Assembly (NCBI GenBank): GCA_965207065.1
Contig: OZ242260.1
Span: forward strand, 2,496,001-2,560,000
DNA: 64,000 nt
Direction of reading: 5' to 3'
Source of the DNA: a bacterium
Lineage (GTDB): Bacteria > UBA8248
The notes under the pieces were generated by a model, which saw only the letters and a program-made list of their open reading frames with translations, made no database searches and was not told the origin of the DNA. The position numbers and the translations under genes were made by a program. Position 1 is the stretch's first letter. Each line of letters opens with the position of its first letter. This document shows positions 1-10,038 of this stretch, piece by piece.

Positions 1-2
1 TG

Positions 3-236
3 ACCGGGCATCTTCTGGGCGCGGCGGGAGGTGTGGAATCGATTTTCACTATCTTGGCGCTCAATAACCAGTGTATTCCTCCCACAATTAACCTGGACGC
101 TCCAGATCCGGAGTGCGATCTCGACTATGTGCCCAACTCTGCCCGGAAAGCGGACATCAGCTGTGCCATCACAAACTCGTTCGGCTTCGGGGGAACCAAC
201 GCGTCGCTCTTATTCAAGAAAAGCCACGCAGCTTAG
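3..236 (+). CDS. fabF: 3-oxoacyl-ACP synthase II, C-terminal part (5'-truncated by the window)
   Basis: Frame 3 reads [12 protein letters not shown]...[20 protein letters not shown]...[12 protein letters not shown], the conserved FabF C-terminus. It lies upstream of rnc. Confidence 0.93.
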   Translation, partial: TGHLLGAAGGVESIFTILALNNQCIPPTINLDAPDPECDLDYVPNSARKADISCAITNSFGFGGTNASLLFKKSHAA

Positions 237-300
237 GAAAAGAGGTTTCCCCAGCCACAGCAACGGGAAAGTCTCCGGTTTCGGTGCAAGAGGTGTTACC

Positions 301-978
301 TTGGCCGAAGTCGAGGCCCAGATTGGTTATTCGTTTTCGGACAAGGAACTCCTCGTCCGAGCCCTGACGCACCGCTCTTTTTCTCAAGAAAGTTCAACAC
401 CCACGCTTGATAATGAGCGACTGGAATTTTTGGGCGATGCCGTCTTGCAACTTATCGTGACAGAAAAGCTCTGGAAGGATTTTCCGACGGATGATGAAGG
501 TGTTTTGACCCATATGCGTTCGGAACGGGTGAATGGCCGTTCTTTGGCGGGAATTTTCAGGTGCCGGGGGATGGGCAATTTCCTTCGTTTGGGTAAAGGC
601 GAGGAGAAAACGGGCGGTCGACAAAAGCCCTCCATCCAGGCGGGCGCTGTCGAAGCACTGGTCGGCGCCATATATCTCGATGCCGGGTACACCTGTTGCG
701 TGCAGTGGGCGGAATCATGGTTCTGGTCTGCGGGTTTGGATGAAAAAAAAGTCCTATCCCAGGATTTCAAGAGCCAACTTCAGCGGTTGGCTCAAAAAAA
801 TGGAAATAAGCCCCCCGGTTATCGCCTTGTTCGAGAGAGTGGTCCCGAGCATGAGAAAGAATTTGAAGTCGAAGTTCGCCTTGGTCGCAAGGTGCTGGGG
901 CGAGGGCAAGGAACGACCAAAAAGGCGGCCGAGCAAGTAGCTGCGAAAGAAGCAGTTCATAAGATGGAGAAAGCCTAG
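301..978 (+). CDS. rnc: Ribonuclease III
   Basis: ALTHRS and NERLEFLGDAVL signature, plus a C-terminal dsRBD (DFKSQLQ...GPEHEKEF...KKAAEQVAA). TTG at 301 follows a GAGGT SD, so the ORF-track start at 31 is too early. Confidence 0.95.
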   Translation: MAEVEAQIGYSFSDKELLVRALTHRSFSQESSTPTLDNERLEFLGDAVLQLIVTEKLWKDFPTDDEGVLTHMRSERVNGRSLAGIFRCRGMGNFLRLGKGEEKTGGRQKPSIQAGAVEALVGAIYLDAGYTCCVQWAESWFWSAGLDEKKVLSQDFKSQLQRLAQKNGNKPPGYRLVRESGPEHEKEFEVEVRLGRKVLGRGQGTTKKAAEQVAAKEAVHKMEKA

Positions 979-1117
979 CGACCGTGAATTCCCAGAATGC
1001 GATATTTTTACTTTACGAATGTCGGGGAATTCTGGTAAGTTATTGATTCCTACCGCCCTGGTAGTGTCTTACACCGCCCCCTGAAAATGAAGTTCATCCG
1101 CCCGCCGAGGTGTTGAA

Positions 1118-4100
1118 TTGCGATTCCAACGCTTGGAGATGCAGGGGTTCAAGTCCTTCGTCGAAAAGACCGTAATCGAAATTGGCGAGGGCCTTACGGC
1201 TGTGGTCGGGCCCAACGGATGCGGCAAAAGCAATGTGTGTGATGCCGTTCGTTGGGTTCTGGGTGAACAGGCTCCTAAAAACATGCGCTCGAAGAAGATG
1301 GAGGATGTCATCTTCAACGGCAGCGCCGAGCGCAAGCAACTCGGCATGTCCGAAGTCTCGCTTACCGTCACCGACCTCAAAGGCGTGGTGACCTCTCCAA
1401 CATTCAAAGATTTTGACGAGGTGGTGGTCACACGCCGCTTGTATCGCTCAGGAGAAAGTGAATACCTCATCAATCGCAATCCCTGTCGCCTCAAAGACAT
1501 CGTCGATTTGTTTCTCGATACCGGTGTTTCTCTCGATACTTTCTCCATCGTAGAGCAGGGCAAGATAGAAACTCTCGTGAACGCGAGGCCCATGGACAGG
1601 CGAGTTCTGATCGAGGAAGCCGCCGGTATCATGAAATACAAGAGCAGGCGAAACGAAGCGTTGCGCAAACTGGAGCTTGCGCAGGCGAATCTGCTTCGTG
1701 TGGCCGACATCATGCGCGAGAAGGAATCCCGTCTCCGCTCTTTGCGCCGCCAGGCGAGAAAAGCGACTTTTCATAAGGAATATCAAACCGAAGTTGCGGA
1801 TTTGTCCCAAAGAATCATGGTTCTCGACTACCTCAAGCATGTGGAAAAACTTGTTCCGGCGGAAAAAGCGTATGCTCGCATCAAAGAAGAAGAGCAGGCG
1901 GTGTTGGCGAAATTGTCTTCTTTGGAAGCCGATAGGGAGCGCGGGCGAATTTTGCTGAGGGAGCGTACAGAGGCTTTGGTGGAATCCCGCCAACGTGCGA
2001 CGAAATTGGAAGGGAGCCTTGAGCGCCTGGAGACTCGAGTCGAGATGCTAAAGAGCCATCTGTCGGAACTCGACATGGATGATGAGCGCCGTGCGGAGGA
2101 AATCCAGACTCTCGACGTTGAAATCACAACCTTTGAAAATGAAAGAGTCGAGCTTGTCTCAACCCTCGATATGCTTACGGAGCAATCGTGCGTTGCGCGT
2201 CAGGAATATGACGTCAGTGCGGCGGAGTTGGCCGCCGTTCGCGAGAACCTGAAAGAATTCGAACGGGTGCTTGATGAGGCCAGACGCTCTCAAGAGGGAG
2301 AAAGAGAGCGCTTGAGTGCGGCTCGTCAGCAAGTCGCCTCGGTTGAGTCGAGGCGTGAAGGACTGGCTGAATCCATGGAAAAAACCGGCAACGAGATTCA
2401 GGAGGTCAAGCGCCAACTCGAATCGGCCCAAACCGACGTAGATGGTGCGAAAAGCCGGTTGGAATCGCTGGTTGCGGCTGAAGGCCAGGCGAAACTGGAA
2501 CTTGAGCAGGCGATATCCGAGTGTGCGCGGACTTCCGAGTTTTCGACCCGCCATGAAGAATCCGTGGCGGGAACGAAAGAATCGTTGATGGAAGCGAAAT
2601 CCGGCCTCTCCGCCTTAGAGGGTGTCTTGGGTTCCGAGGGGAGTGAATTCTCGGATTCGGAAGCGTTCAGATCCTGTGGCGCTCAAGTTCTGGCGTCTTT
2701 TTCCGAAGTCATTCGTGTAGACCCTGAATTTGAAAAAGCCATCGAAACGGCCCTTGGGGACAAGTTGCTGGGCGTGGTCGTGAATACACCTGGCGACGCG
2801 GTAGATGCGGTTCGTGCGCTGATGAGTTCGGAAGCCGGGCGAGGCGTAGCCATGCCAATTGAAGTCGGTGCTCAGCCAGGCGCCGTTGTCCCGTTGGGAG
2901 AGGGTGTTCTCGGTGCGGCGACGGATTTTGTTCGTTGTGACATGAGTTATCGTCACCTTGCCCAGTCGCTGCTCGGGAATGTTGTTGTGGTGGAAGATAT
3001 CGATGCGGCGCAGGCGGCATGGTGCAACGGTCCTCAAGGCATCGTTTGCGTGACTTTAAATGGAGAAATTATTCATGCGAATGGTGTGGTGGAAGGCGGT
3101 TTGACACGGAACGAGGGCGTTTTAGAGCGTTCGAGAAGGTGTGAGGAATTTCGATTGAAGGTTGAACGTTTTGAGGAGCAACTTCGTGAGCTGGAGCCGA
3201 TTTCTCAAAAATTGAGCGGACAACTCACGAAAGCGGAGCAAAGAAGCCGCCGTGCGACCGAGGCGTATCAACGGGCTGAGGTGATGCGCGTGGAGGCGGA
3301 GGGAGCTCTCCGGGCAGGGGAAGGCAGGCACGAGGAATTCAAGACACGGCTGTCCACACTCGAAGCTGCGCAAAAGCAAATCCGCGGGGAGCAGATGCGT
3401 CTCAAGGAGGATCTCCAGACGGTCAAAGACGAGAGCCTTTGTCTGGAAGAAACGATTCAGGAATTCACCTTGCGTATCCACGAAATCGAGAAAAAGGTGA
3501 GCGGCGCCAGCCTGCGGTACCTGGAGGTTGAAGCGCGTGTGACCGACAAGAAAGTCGCCTTGACGGAAATCAACGGACAGGTGGCTGGCGGCCAGGCCGA
3601 AGTCCAGCGGATAGAAGATGGGATATCTCAGAATGCGGCTCGCAAGATTCGCAGAGAAGGAGAACAGCGCGAATCGAGAGAAAAAAGAGAGCGTCTGAAA
3701 GAAAACCTCGCGCAGAGCGAAGAGGGAATACTCGCTCTTCAGGATGAAAAAGCCGATGTAACAGCCGAGTTGGCGGATCGTGATCGCGTTTTACAGGAAA
3801 TGCAATCGCACGATGAGGATCTGGGCGATTCGATTCGCGATGTGAAAACGAGAGCCTCTGTTCTGACCGATGAAGTGGGAGCGGCGGCGGAGCTGCGGAC
3901 GACGCTTCGCGTGCAACGAGAATCTATGGTGAATTCCGCCGAAGCGGAATATCAGGTCAATCTCGAGGAGACAGCGGAGAGCCTGCGGGAAGAACTTCCC
4001 CAGTACCAGGAGATTTTGAACCGCCTGGAGATGCTGACCCAAAGGCTTTCCCGGATGGGAGAGGTGAATCCTCTGGCCGCGCAGGAATACGATGAAATCA

Positions 4101-4702
4101 ACCAGGAATATGTGTTCCTGCAGGAACAGCAGCAGGATCTGGAAAACTCCATCGCCGATCTCCACGCTACGATCGAGAAGTTGAACAAGACGACAAAGTC
4201 CCGTTTCCTGGCGGCGTACGAGGAGGTGGGTAAGGCCTTTTCGGACATTTTCGGACGTCTTTTCCAGGGAGGGGAAGCACGCATGTTCCTGCTTGATCCG
4301 GATGACCCCCTGGAGACGGGCGTCGACATTGAGGTGAGACCGCCGGGCAAGCGTCCTTCGAACATTATGCTCCTCTCCGCCGGGGAGAAAGCGCTCACCG
4401 CGATTTCCCTGTTATTCGCGGTCTTCAGCGTTCGGCCGAGTCCGTTTTGTATCCTCGACGAGGTGGACGCCACCCTCGATGACGTCAACGTCGGGCGTTT
4501 TCGCGAAGTGCTGGCCGAACTCGAGGATAGAAGCCAGTTCATCATCATCACCCATAATAAAAAGACGATGGCGTACGCAAATCAGCTCTACGGCGTTACG
4601 CAAAGGGAAAAAGGTGTTTCAGAAATCGTCTCGGTAAAGCTGAACCGCGAGGACGAGAGGGTCAATGGCGTGGGAGAAGCGGTGCTGGAATCGAGTGTGT
4701 AG
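1118..4702 (+). CDS. smc: Chromosome segregation protein SMC
   Basis: GFKSF, Walker A GPNGCGKSN, long coiled coils with a central hinge, signature LSAGEK, Walker B LDEVDA and IITHNK. Confidence 0.96.
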   Translation: MRFQRLEMQGFKSFVEKTVIEIGEGLTAVVGPNGCGKSNVCDAVRWVLGEQAPKNMRSKKMEDVIFNGSAERKQLGMSEVSLTVTDLKGVVTSPTFKDFDEVVVTRRLYRSGESEYLINRNPCRLKDIVDLFLDTGVSLDTFSIVEQGKIETLVNARPMDRRVLIEEAAGIMKYKSRRNEALRKLELAQANLLRVADIMREKESRLRSLRRQARKATFHKEYQTEVADLSQRIMVLDYLKHVEKLVPAEKAYARIKEEEQAVLAKLSSLEADRERGRILLRERTEALVESRQRATKLEGSLERLETRVEMLKSHLSELDMDDERRAEEIQTLDVEITTFENERVELVSTLDMLTEQSCVARQEYDVSAAELAAVRENLKEFERVLDEARRSQEGERERLSAARQQVASVESRREGLAESMEKTGNEIQEVKRQLESAQTDVDGAKSRLESLVAAEGQAKLELEQAISECARTSEFSTRHEESVAGTKESLMEAKSGLSALEGVLGSEGSEFSDSEAFRSCGAQVLASFSEVIRVDPEFEKAIETALGDKLLGVVVNTPGDAVDAVRALMSSEAGRGVAMPIEVGAQPGAVVPLGEGVLGAATDFVRCDMSYRHLAQSLLGNVVVVEDIDAAQAAWCNGPQGIVCVTLNGEIIHANGVVEGGLTRNEGVLERSRRCEEFRLKVERFEEQLRELEPISQKLSGQLTKAEQRSRRATEAYQRAEVMRVEAEGALRAGEGRHEEFKTRLSTLEAAQKQIRGEQMRLKEDLQTVKDESLCLEETIQEFTLRIHEIEKKVSGASLRYLEVEARVTDKKVALTEINGQVAGGQAEVQRIEDGISQNAARKIRREGEQRESREKRERLKENLAQSEEGILALQDEKADVTAELADRDRVLQEMQSHDEDLGDSIRDVKTRASVLTDEVGAAAELRTTLRVQRESMVNSAEAEYQVNLEETAESLREELPQYQEILNRLEMLTQRLSRMGEVNPLAAQEYDEINQEYVFLQEQQQDLENSIADLHATIEKLNKTTKSRFLAAYEEVGKAFSDIFGRLFQGGEARMFLLDPDDPLETGVDIEVRPPGKRPSNIMLLSAGEKALTAISLLFAVFSVRPSPFCILDEVDATLDDVNVGRFREVLAELEDRSQFIIITHNKKTMAYANQLYGVTQREKGVSEIVSVKLNREDERVNGVGEAVLESSV

Positions 4703-4739
4703 CATCGTTCGCATATTCACGACAGGTTTTGTTGAAGAT

Positions 4740-4772
4740 AACCCCGGCGCTCTGTCGCCGGGGTTGGTTTTG
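4740..4772 (+). terminator. Hairpin between smc and ftsY, possible intrinsic terminator or RNA-processing stem
   Basis: Perfect 10-bp stem AACCCCGGCG/CGCCGGGGTT with a 6-nt loop, followed by GGTTTTGT. Confidence 0.45.
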
Positions 4773-4800
4773 TCTGGCGGAGATTGGGGAAATACCATTG

Positions 4801-5757
4801 ATGTCTGGTTCTGGAAGGCAGATGAATTCAGATAGGGGTAATGGCGCAAGAGGCTGGTTTGGCAGATTGCGCGATGGCCTCTCGAAGACGAGGGGTGGTT
4901 TTCTCGCTCAGGTGAAGGGTTTGGTCGCGGGACGCATCGATGAGAATACGCTCGAGGAGCTGGAAGAAGTTCTCTACATGGCGGATATGGGTCCCGCTCT
5001 CGTCGAGTCGCTGCTGGGGAAATTGAAGGCGGGCGAAGGCGCGGGGTCGGATGCGCAGACGCGCGTTAAGGAAATCATGCGGTATTGCCTTGAAAACCCT
5101 GAATCTCCGCCTGCGTTTACACCGAAGAATCCTGCTGCGGAGGAGCCCAGAATCATTTTTCTGGTGGGTGTCAACGGCGTGGGCAAGACGACGACGGCCG
5201 GCAAGCTCGCATCGCGGTTTTCTGCCGAAAATCTTAAGATTATGCTCGCGGCGGGGGATACGTTCCGGGCCGCAGCCGGTGAGCAGTTGACGGTATGGGC
5301 CGAGCGGAGCGGATGCGAAATCGTCCGCCACAGGGAAGGAGCGGATTCCTCCGCCGTGGTATACGACGCCGTACAGGCGGCGAAGGCGCGCGGCGTCGAT
5401 GTATTGCTCGTGGATACGGCGGGACGCTTGCACACGAAGCACAACCTCATGGAGGAATTAAAGAAGCTCAGGCGCGTAACGCAGCGCCTCGTCGATACGG
5501 CCCCCCATGAGGTGCTGCTCGTATTGGACGCGACGTCCGGGCAGAACGTCCTCTCCCAGGTGCGTGAATTCGGCCCGGCGCTCGGCGTAACGGGCCTCGT
5601 GCTCACCAAGCTGGACGCAACGGCCAAGGGCGGCGTGGCGTTGGGCGCGACTTATGAAAGCGGCATACCGATAAGATATGTGGGCGTGGGCGAATCGGTG
5701 GAAGACCTGCTTGATTTCGACCCGGATGCTTTTATCGAGGCGATTTTCGGCGAGTAG
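4801..5757 (+). CDS. ftsY: Signal recognition particle receptor FtsY (short, NG-domain type)
   Basis: GVNGVGKTTT, DTFRAAA, DTAGR and TKLDATAKGG motifs. Start is either 4801 or 4822. Confidence 0.95.
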   Translation: MSGSGRQMNSDRGNGARGWFGRLRDGLSKTRGGFLAQVKGLVAGRIDENTLEELEEVLYMADMGPALVESLLGKLKAGEGAGSDAQTRVKEIMRYCLENPESPPAFTPKNPAAEEPRIIFLVGVNGVGKTTTAGKLASRFSAENLKIMLAAGDTFRAAAGEQLTVWAERSGCEIVRHREGADSSAVVYDAVQAAKARGVDVLLVDTAGRLHTKHNLMEELKKLRRVTQRLVDTAPHEVLLVLDATSGQNVLSQVREFGPALGVTGLVLTKLDATAKGGVALGATYESGIPIRYVGVGESVEDLLDFDPDAFIEAIFGE

Positions 5758-6244
5758 CGTCGCGCCCGCCCGTCCGGGGCAGCGACTCCCCGCATTTCCG
5801 CGCATTTGCCGTTATCTCGAGATGCGCCGGCCATGGCAGTATTCCCCTGCGCCGCATTTCGGCGGCGTCTTTTCCCCCCAATTTAATTTACGGAAATTTA
5901 TCGAATTACCCCGTGAATTTATCGAAATTTTCGGAAATGAAACGCGAGCGATGAGCGAGTGTTTGACCCGACCGATGAGGAAGGGTTTTCGAGTCTCGAA
6001 CGTGGCGATGCGCTCCGCCATCATACACGCGCTCTCCTCTCTTCCCGTCACCGCAAATGCGGGCAAATGCGCCTTCGCCGCGATGTGGGTGATCTCGATA
6101 AATCGTCCTGGCCGGGGGTCCGATTCGGATGATTCTGGAAAAGATGCAATAAAGGCCGGGCGCCGATGCGTTCGGAATCCCTGTAGCTGAAGTTCGCGAG
6201 GCAGGTTTCTCCTCACCTGGTTTTCGACCGTCCTCTCCGGCGCG

Positions 6245-9200
6245 CTAACCATCCCCGACGACGACCAGCAGGTCCTTGGTGTCGACCGTGGTGCCGGCCG
6301 GCGCGACGACCTTCTCGACGACGCCGCCCCGCTCGGCGCGGATCACGGTTTCCATCTTCATCGCCTCGATCGCCACCAGCACGTCGCCCTCATCGACCGC
6401 GTCGCCCTCATGGAAGAACACCTTGGTCACCATGCCCGGCATCGGCGCGCCGACGTGGCCGGGGTCGCCTTCCTCGGCCTTGGGCAGCGCCGTGACTGCG
6501 GCGGCGGCGCTGCGGTCGGCGACCCGCACCGTCCGGGGCTGCCCGTTCAACTCGAAGAAGACCGTGCATTCGCCCTTGCTGTCGGTCTCGCTGCGCGCGA
6601 CGTAGCGGATGAACAGGGTGCGCCCGCGCTCGATGTCGACGGCGATCTCCTCGTCCGGCTCCATGCCGTAGAAATAAACAGGCGTCGGCAGCACGCTCAC
6701 GTCGCTGTATTGGCGCCGCGCCGTCGCGTATTCGGTGAACACCTGCGGGTACATGAGCCAGGAGGCGAACTCGGCGTCGCTGATCGGACGCTGGGCGCCT
6801 TTTTCGGCTTCCTCGCGCCCTGCGTCGAGATCGGCGTCGGGCAGCACCGAGCCGGGCCGCACGGTAATCGGCTCCCTGTCTTTGAGTATCTTCTCCTGCA
6901 GGGCGCGCGGGAAGCCGCCGTGCGGCTGCCCCAGCTCGCCGGCGAACAGCGAGACCACCGATTCGGGAAAGGCGATCTCGCGCTCGGGGTCGGCCACGTC
7001 TTCGGGCGTCAGCCCGCCCGTCACCATCATCAGCGCCATGTCGCCCACCACCTTGGAGGAGGGCGTCACCTTCACGATGTCGCCGAACATGCGGTTGACC
7101 TCGGCGAAGGCCCGCGAGACCTCCGGCCAGCGCTGGTTGTCGATGCCAAGTGCGCGCGCCTGCTCGCGCAGGTTGGTGTACTGCCCGCCCGGAATTCCGT
7201 GGTTGTAGACGTCCGAGGTGCCCGCGCGGAAATCGCTCTCGAAGGCGCGGTAGAGGTTCCGCACCTGCTCCCAGTAGGTGGAGAGCGTCATCACCGTATC
7301 GGGGTCGAATCCGGGGTCGCGCGGAGAATGGCGCAAGGCCGCGGTGATCGAGCCGAAGCTCGGCTGCGAGGTGAGCCCGCTCATCGAATCCATCGCCGCA
7401 TCCACGGCGTCCACCCCGGCCTCCACGGCGGCGAGCACGCTTGCCGCGGATATCCCGCTGGTGTCGTGGGTGTGGTAGTGGATGGGGATGCCGATCTCCT
7501 GCTTCAAGGTCTCGACGAGCAGCTTGGCCGCCGCCGGCTTGCAAAGGCCCGCCATATCCTTGAGCCCCAGGATGTGGGCGCCCGCGGCCTCGAGTTCGCG
7601 GGCGAGCGCGACGTAGTATTTTAGGTCGTACTTGGTGAGGCCCGGGTCGGTGATGTCGCCGGTGTAGCAGATCGCCGCCTCGCAGAGCTTACCGGTCTCC
7701 AGCACCGCGTCCATCGCCGGACGCATGTTCTCGACCCAGTTGAGCGAATCGAAGATGCGGAAAATGTCGATCCCGTTCTCGGCTGATTGCTGAACGAAAT
7801 AGCGCACCACGTTGTCGGGGTAGGTGGTGTAGCCGACGCCGTTCGACGCGCGCAGCAGCATCTGGGTCAGCAGGTTGGGCATCGCGGCGCGCAGCCGTTC
7901 GAGCGTCGCCCAGGGACATTCGCCCAGAAAGCGCATCGCCACGTCGAAGGTCGCCCCGCCCCAGCATTCGACCGAGAAAAGCCGGGGCAGCATCCGCGCA
8001 TAGAACGGCGCGACGGCGACCAGGTCGTAGCTCCGCACCCGCGTCGCCAGCAGCGACTGGTGCGCGTCACGGAACGTGGTGTCAGTCATCAGCACCCGGT
8101 CCTGCTCGAGCATCCACTGCGCGAAACGCTCGGGGCCGAGTTCGTCGAGCAACTGGCGCGTGCCGTCCTGGATTTCGGCACCGGGAGCCTCGGGCGCGCT
8201 CGGCGTCTGGTGCGTCGGCGGCTTGGCCCGGCCCTCGACGGCGCCGTTGCCGTTGACGATCACTTCTCCCAGATAGCGCAGCAGCCGGGTCGCGCGGTCC
8301 CGCCTGTATTCGAAGCGGAACAGCTCCGGCGTCTCATCCACGAAGCGCGTCGTACAGGCGCCCTCGATGAACTGCGGATGGCTGATGACGTTGTCGAGAA
8401 AGGCGAGGTTGGTGGCGACGCCCCGGATGCGGAATTCGACGATCGCCCGCTTCATCCGCCGCATCGCCTCTTCGAACGTCGGCGCCCAGGCCGTCACCTT
8501 CTCCAGCAGCGAGTCGTAGAACGGCGTGATCCGCGCGCCGGAATAGGCGGTGCCGCCGTCAAGGCGTATCCCGAACCCGGTGGCGCCGCGATAGTTGGTG
8601 AGCACGCCGTAATCCGGAATAAAGTTGTTTTCCGGGTCCTCGGTGGTCACCCGGCATTGCATGGCGTGGCCGTTCACCCGAATGTCGTCCTGACCGGGGA
8701 TTCCGCTCTCGGGCGCGCCGATGGCGGCCCCGTCTGCGATGCGGATCTGCGCCTTCACCAGGTCGACGCCAGTCACCACCTCGGTGACCGTGTGCTCGAC
8801 CTGGATGCGCGGATTGACCTCGATGAAGTGGAACGCGCCTGTGTCGTCGTCGACCAGAAACTCGACGGTGCCGGCGTTGTTGTAGCCCACCGCGCGGCCT
8901 ATCTTGAGCGCGCTCTCGTGGATCGCCGCGCGGGTCTCCCCGTCGAGATAATGCGCGGGCGCCTGCTCGACGATTTTCTGGTTGCGCCGCTGCACCGAGC
9001 AGTCCCGCTCGTGGAGGTGCACCAGGTTGCCGTGGTTGTCCCCCAATATCTGGACCTCGACGTGTCGCGCGCGAAGAATCAGCTTTTCGAGATAGACCTC
9101 GTCGTTCCCGAACGCCGCCAGGCACTCGCGCCGCGCCGCCTCGACCGCATCGGCGAGTTCGGCTTCGGTCTCGATCGTGCGCATGCCGCGCCCGCCGCCG

Positions 9201-9709
9201 CCCCAGCTCGCCTTGAGCATGACGGGAAAACCGACTTCGCGGGCGAGACGCGCGGCCTCGCCCGGGTCGTTGGGGAGCGGGCCGGTCGCCGGAACCACCG
9301 GAACGTCCGCCGACACCGCGAGTTCCCGCGCCGCCACCTTGTTGCCGAGCGCGCGCATGATATCGGGCTTCGGGCCGACGAAGACGACGCCGGCCTCCGC
9401 GCACGCCTCGGCGAAGTCGGGGTTCTCGGCCAGGAAGCCGTAGCCCGGGTGGAACGCATCGGCGCCGTTCTCGCGCGCAACGCGCATCACCTCGTCAATG
9501 CTGAGGTAGGCCTCTATCGGGCCCATCCCCCGGCCCACCTGGTAGGCTTCGTCGGCCTTGAATCGGTGCAGCGCGAAGCGGTCCTCCTGCGAGTAGATCG
9601 CGATCGTTTCAATGCCGAGTTCGACCGAGGCGCGGAACACGCGGATGGCGATTTCGCTCCGGTTGGCGACGAGAATCCGGCGGAAATTGGTCTGCGGCTC
9701 GTTGATCAT
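6245..9709 (-). CDS. pyc: Pyruvate carboxylase (single-chain alpha4 type)
   Basis: BC domain (ANRSEIAIR, HPGYGFLAEN, GGGGRGMR, RDCSVQRRNQK), CT domain (RDAHQS, KDMAG, HTHDT) and BCCP with EAMKME. Confidence 0.97.
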   Translation of the reverse strand: MINEPQTNFRRILVANRSEIAIRVFRASVELGIETIAIYSQEDRFALHRFKADEAYQVGRGMGPIEAYLSIDEVMRVARENGADAFHPGYGFLAENPDFAEACAEAGVVFVGPKPDIMRALGNKVAARELAVSADVPVVPATGPLPNDPGEAARLAREVGFPVMLKASWGGGGRGMRTIETEAELADAVEAARRECLAAFGNDEVYLEKLILRARHVEVQILGDNHGNLVHLHERDCSVQRRNQKIVEQAPAHYLDGETRAAIHESALKIGRAVGYNNAGTVEFLVDDDTGAFHFIEVNPRIQVEHTVTEVVTGVDLVKAQIRIADGAAIGAPESGIPGQDDIRVNGHAMQCRVTTEDPENNFIPDYGVLTNYRGATGFGIRLDGGTAYSGARITPFYDSLLEKVTAWAPTFEEAMRRMKRAIVEFRIRGVATNLAFLDNVISHPQFIEGACTTRFVDETPELFRFEYRRDRATRLLRYLGEVIVNGNGAVEGRAKPPTHQTPSAPEAPGAEIQDGTRQLLDELGPERFAQWMLEQDRVLMTDTTFRDAHQSLLATRVRSYDLVAVAPFYARMLPRLFSVECWGGATFDVAMRFLGECPWATLERLRAAMPNLLTQMLLRASNGVGYTTYPDNVVRYFVQQSAENGIDIFRIFDSLNWVENMRPAMDAVLETGKLCEAAICYTGDITDPGLTKYDLKYYVALARELEAAGAHILGLKDMAGLCKPAAAKLLVETLKQEIGIPIHYHTHDTSGISAASVLAAVEAGVDAVDAAMDSMSGLTSQPSFGSITAALRHSPRDPGFDPDTVMTLSTYWEQVRNLYRAFESDFRAGTSDVYNHGIPGGQYTNLREQARALGIDNQRWPEVSRAFAEVNRMFGDIVKVTPSSKVVGDMALMMVTGGLTPEDVADPEREIAFPESVVSLFAGELGQPHGGFPRALQEKILKDREPITVRPGSVLPDADLDAGREEAEKGAQRPISDAEFASWLMYPQVFTEYATARRQYSDVSVLPTPVYFYGMEPDEEIAVDIERGRTLFIRYVARSETDSKGECTVFFELNGQPRTVRVADRSAAAAVTALPKAEEGDPGHVGAPMPGMVTKVFFHEGDAVDEGDVLVAIEAMKMETVIRAERGGVVEKVVAPAGTTVDTKDLLVVVGDG

Positions 9710-9800
9710 GTCGTTCCCTTTGCGCTCTCGCGGAACTCTCGTCCGCCAATGTCAGAGGTTATGTCGTCAATGGGTCTTGCTCATCATAATATGGGTGCGA

Positions 9801-10000
9801 GCGCCCCGAACCGAGCGCGTCTGCGTCTTAACCGCCGCCCAGGATCGCCGGCAGGCGCGATTTTTGGGCGCATGACTCCGAGGGCTCCGTTCCCTCCACG
9901 AAGGCTTCCAGTATCGGTTCCCCCTCGCACCAGGCCGAGGGTAAATGGCCGGAGCGCGAATCCACCTTCACCAGTTTGATGCCCGGCGGCGGCTCCGGGT
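9801..10000. repeat. Direct repeat, copy 1: orphan duplicate of the last 56 codons plus 3' flank of the PBP1A gene
   Basis: Aligns without gaps to 15720-15919 (offset 5919). By hand, 15 mismatches in 200 bp, with an 83-bp perfect core at 9883-9965. Confidence 0.95.
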
Positions 10001-10038
10001 CGAAAAAAGGCTCCAGAAATTTGCTTTTCGCGATAAGA

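Noticed and set aside
7787-9979. 730-aa plus-strand ORF and other long ORFs overlapping pyc
   Set aside because: Antisense shadows of a GC-rich gene with no motifs of their own.
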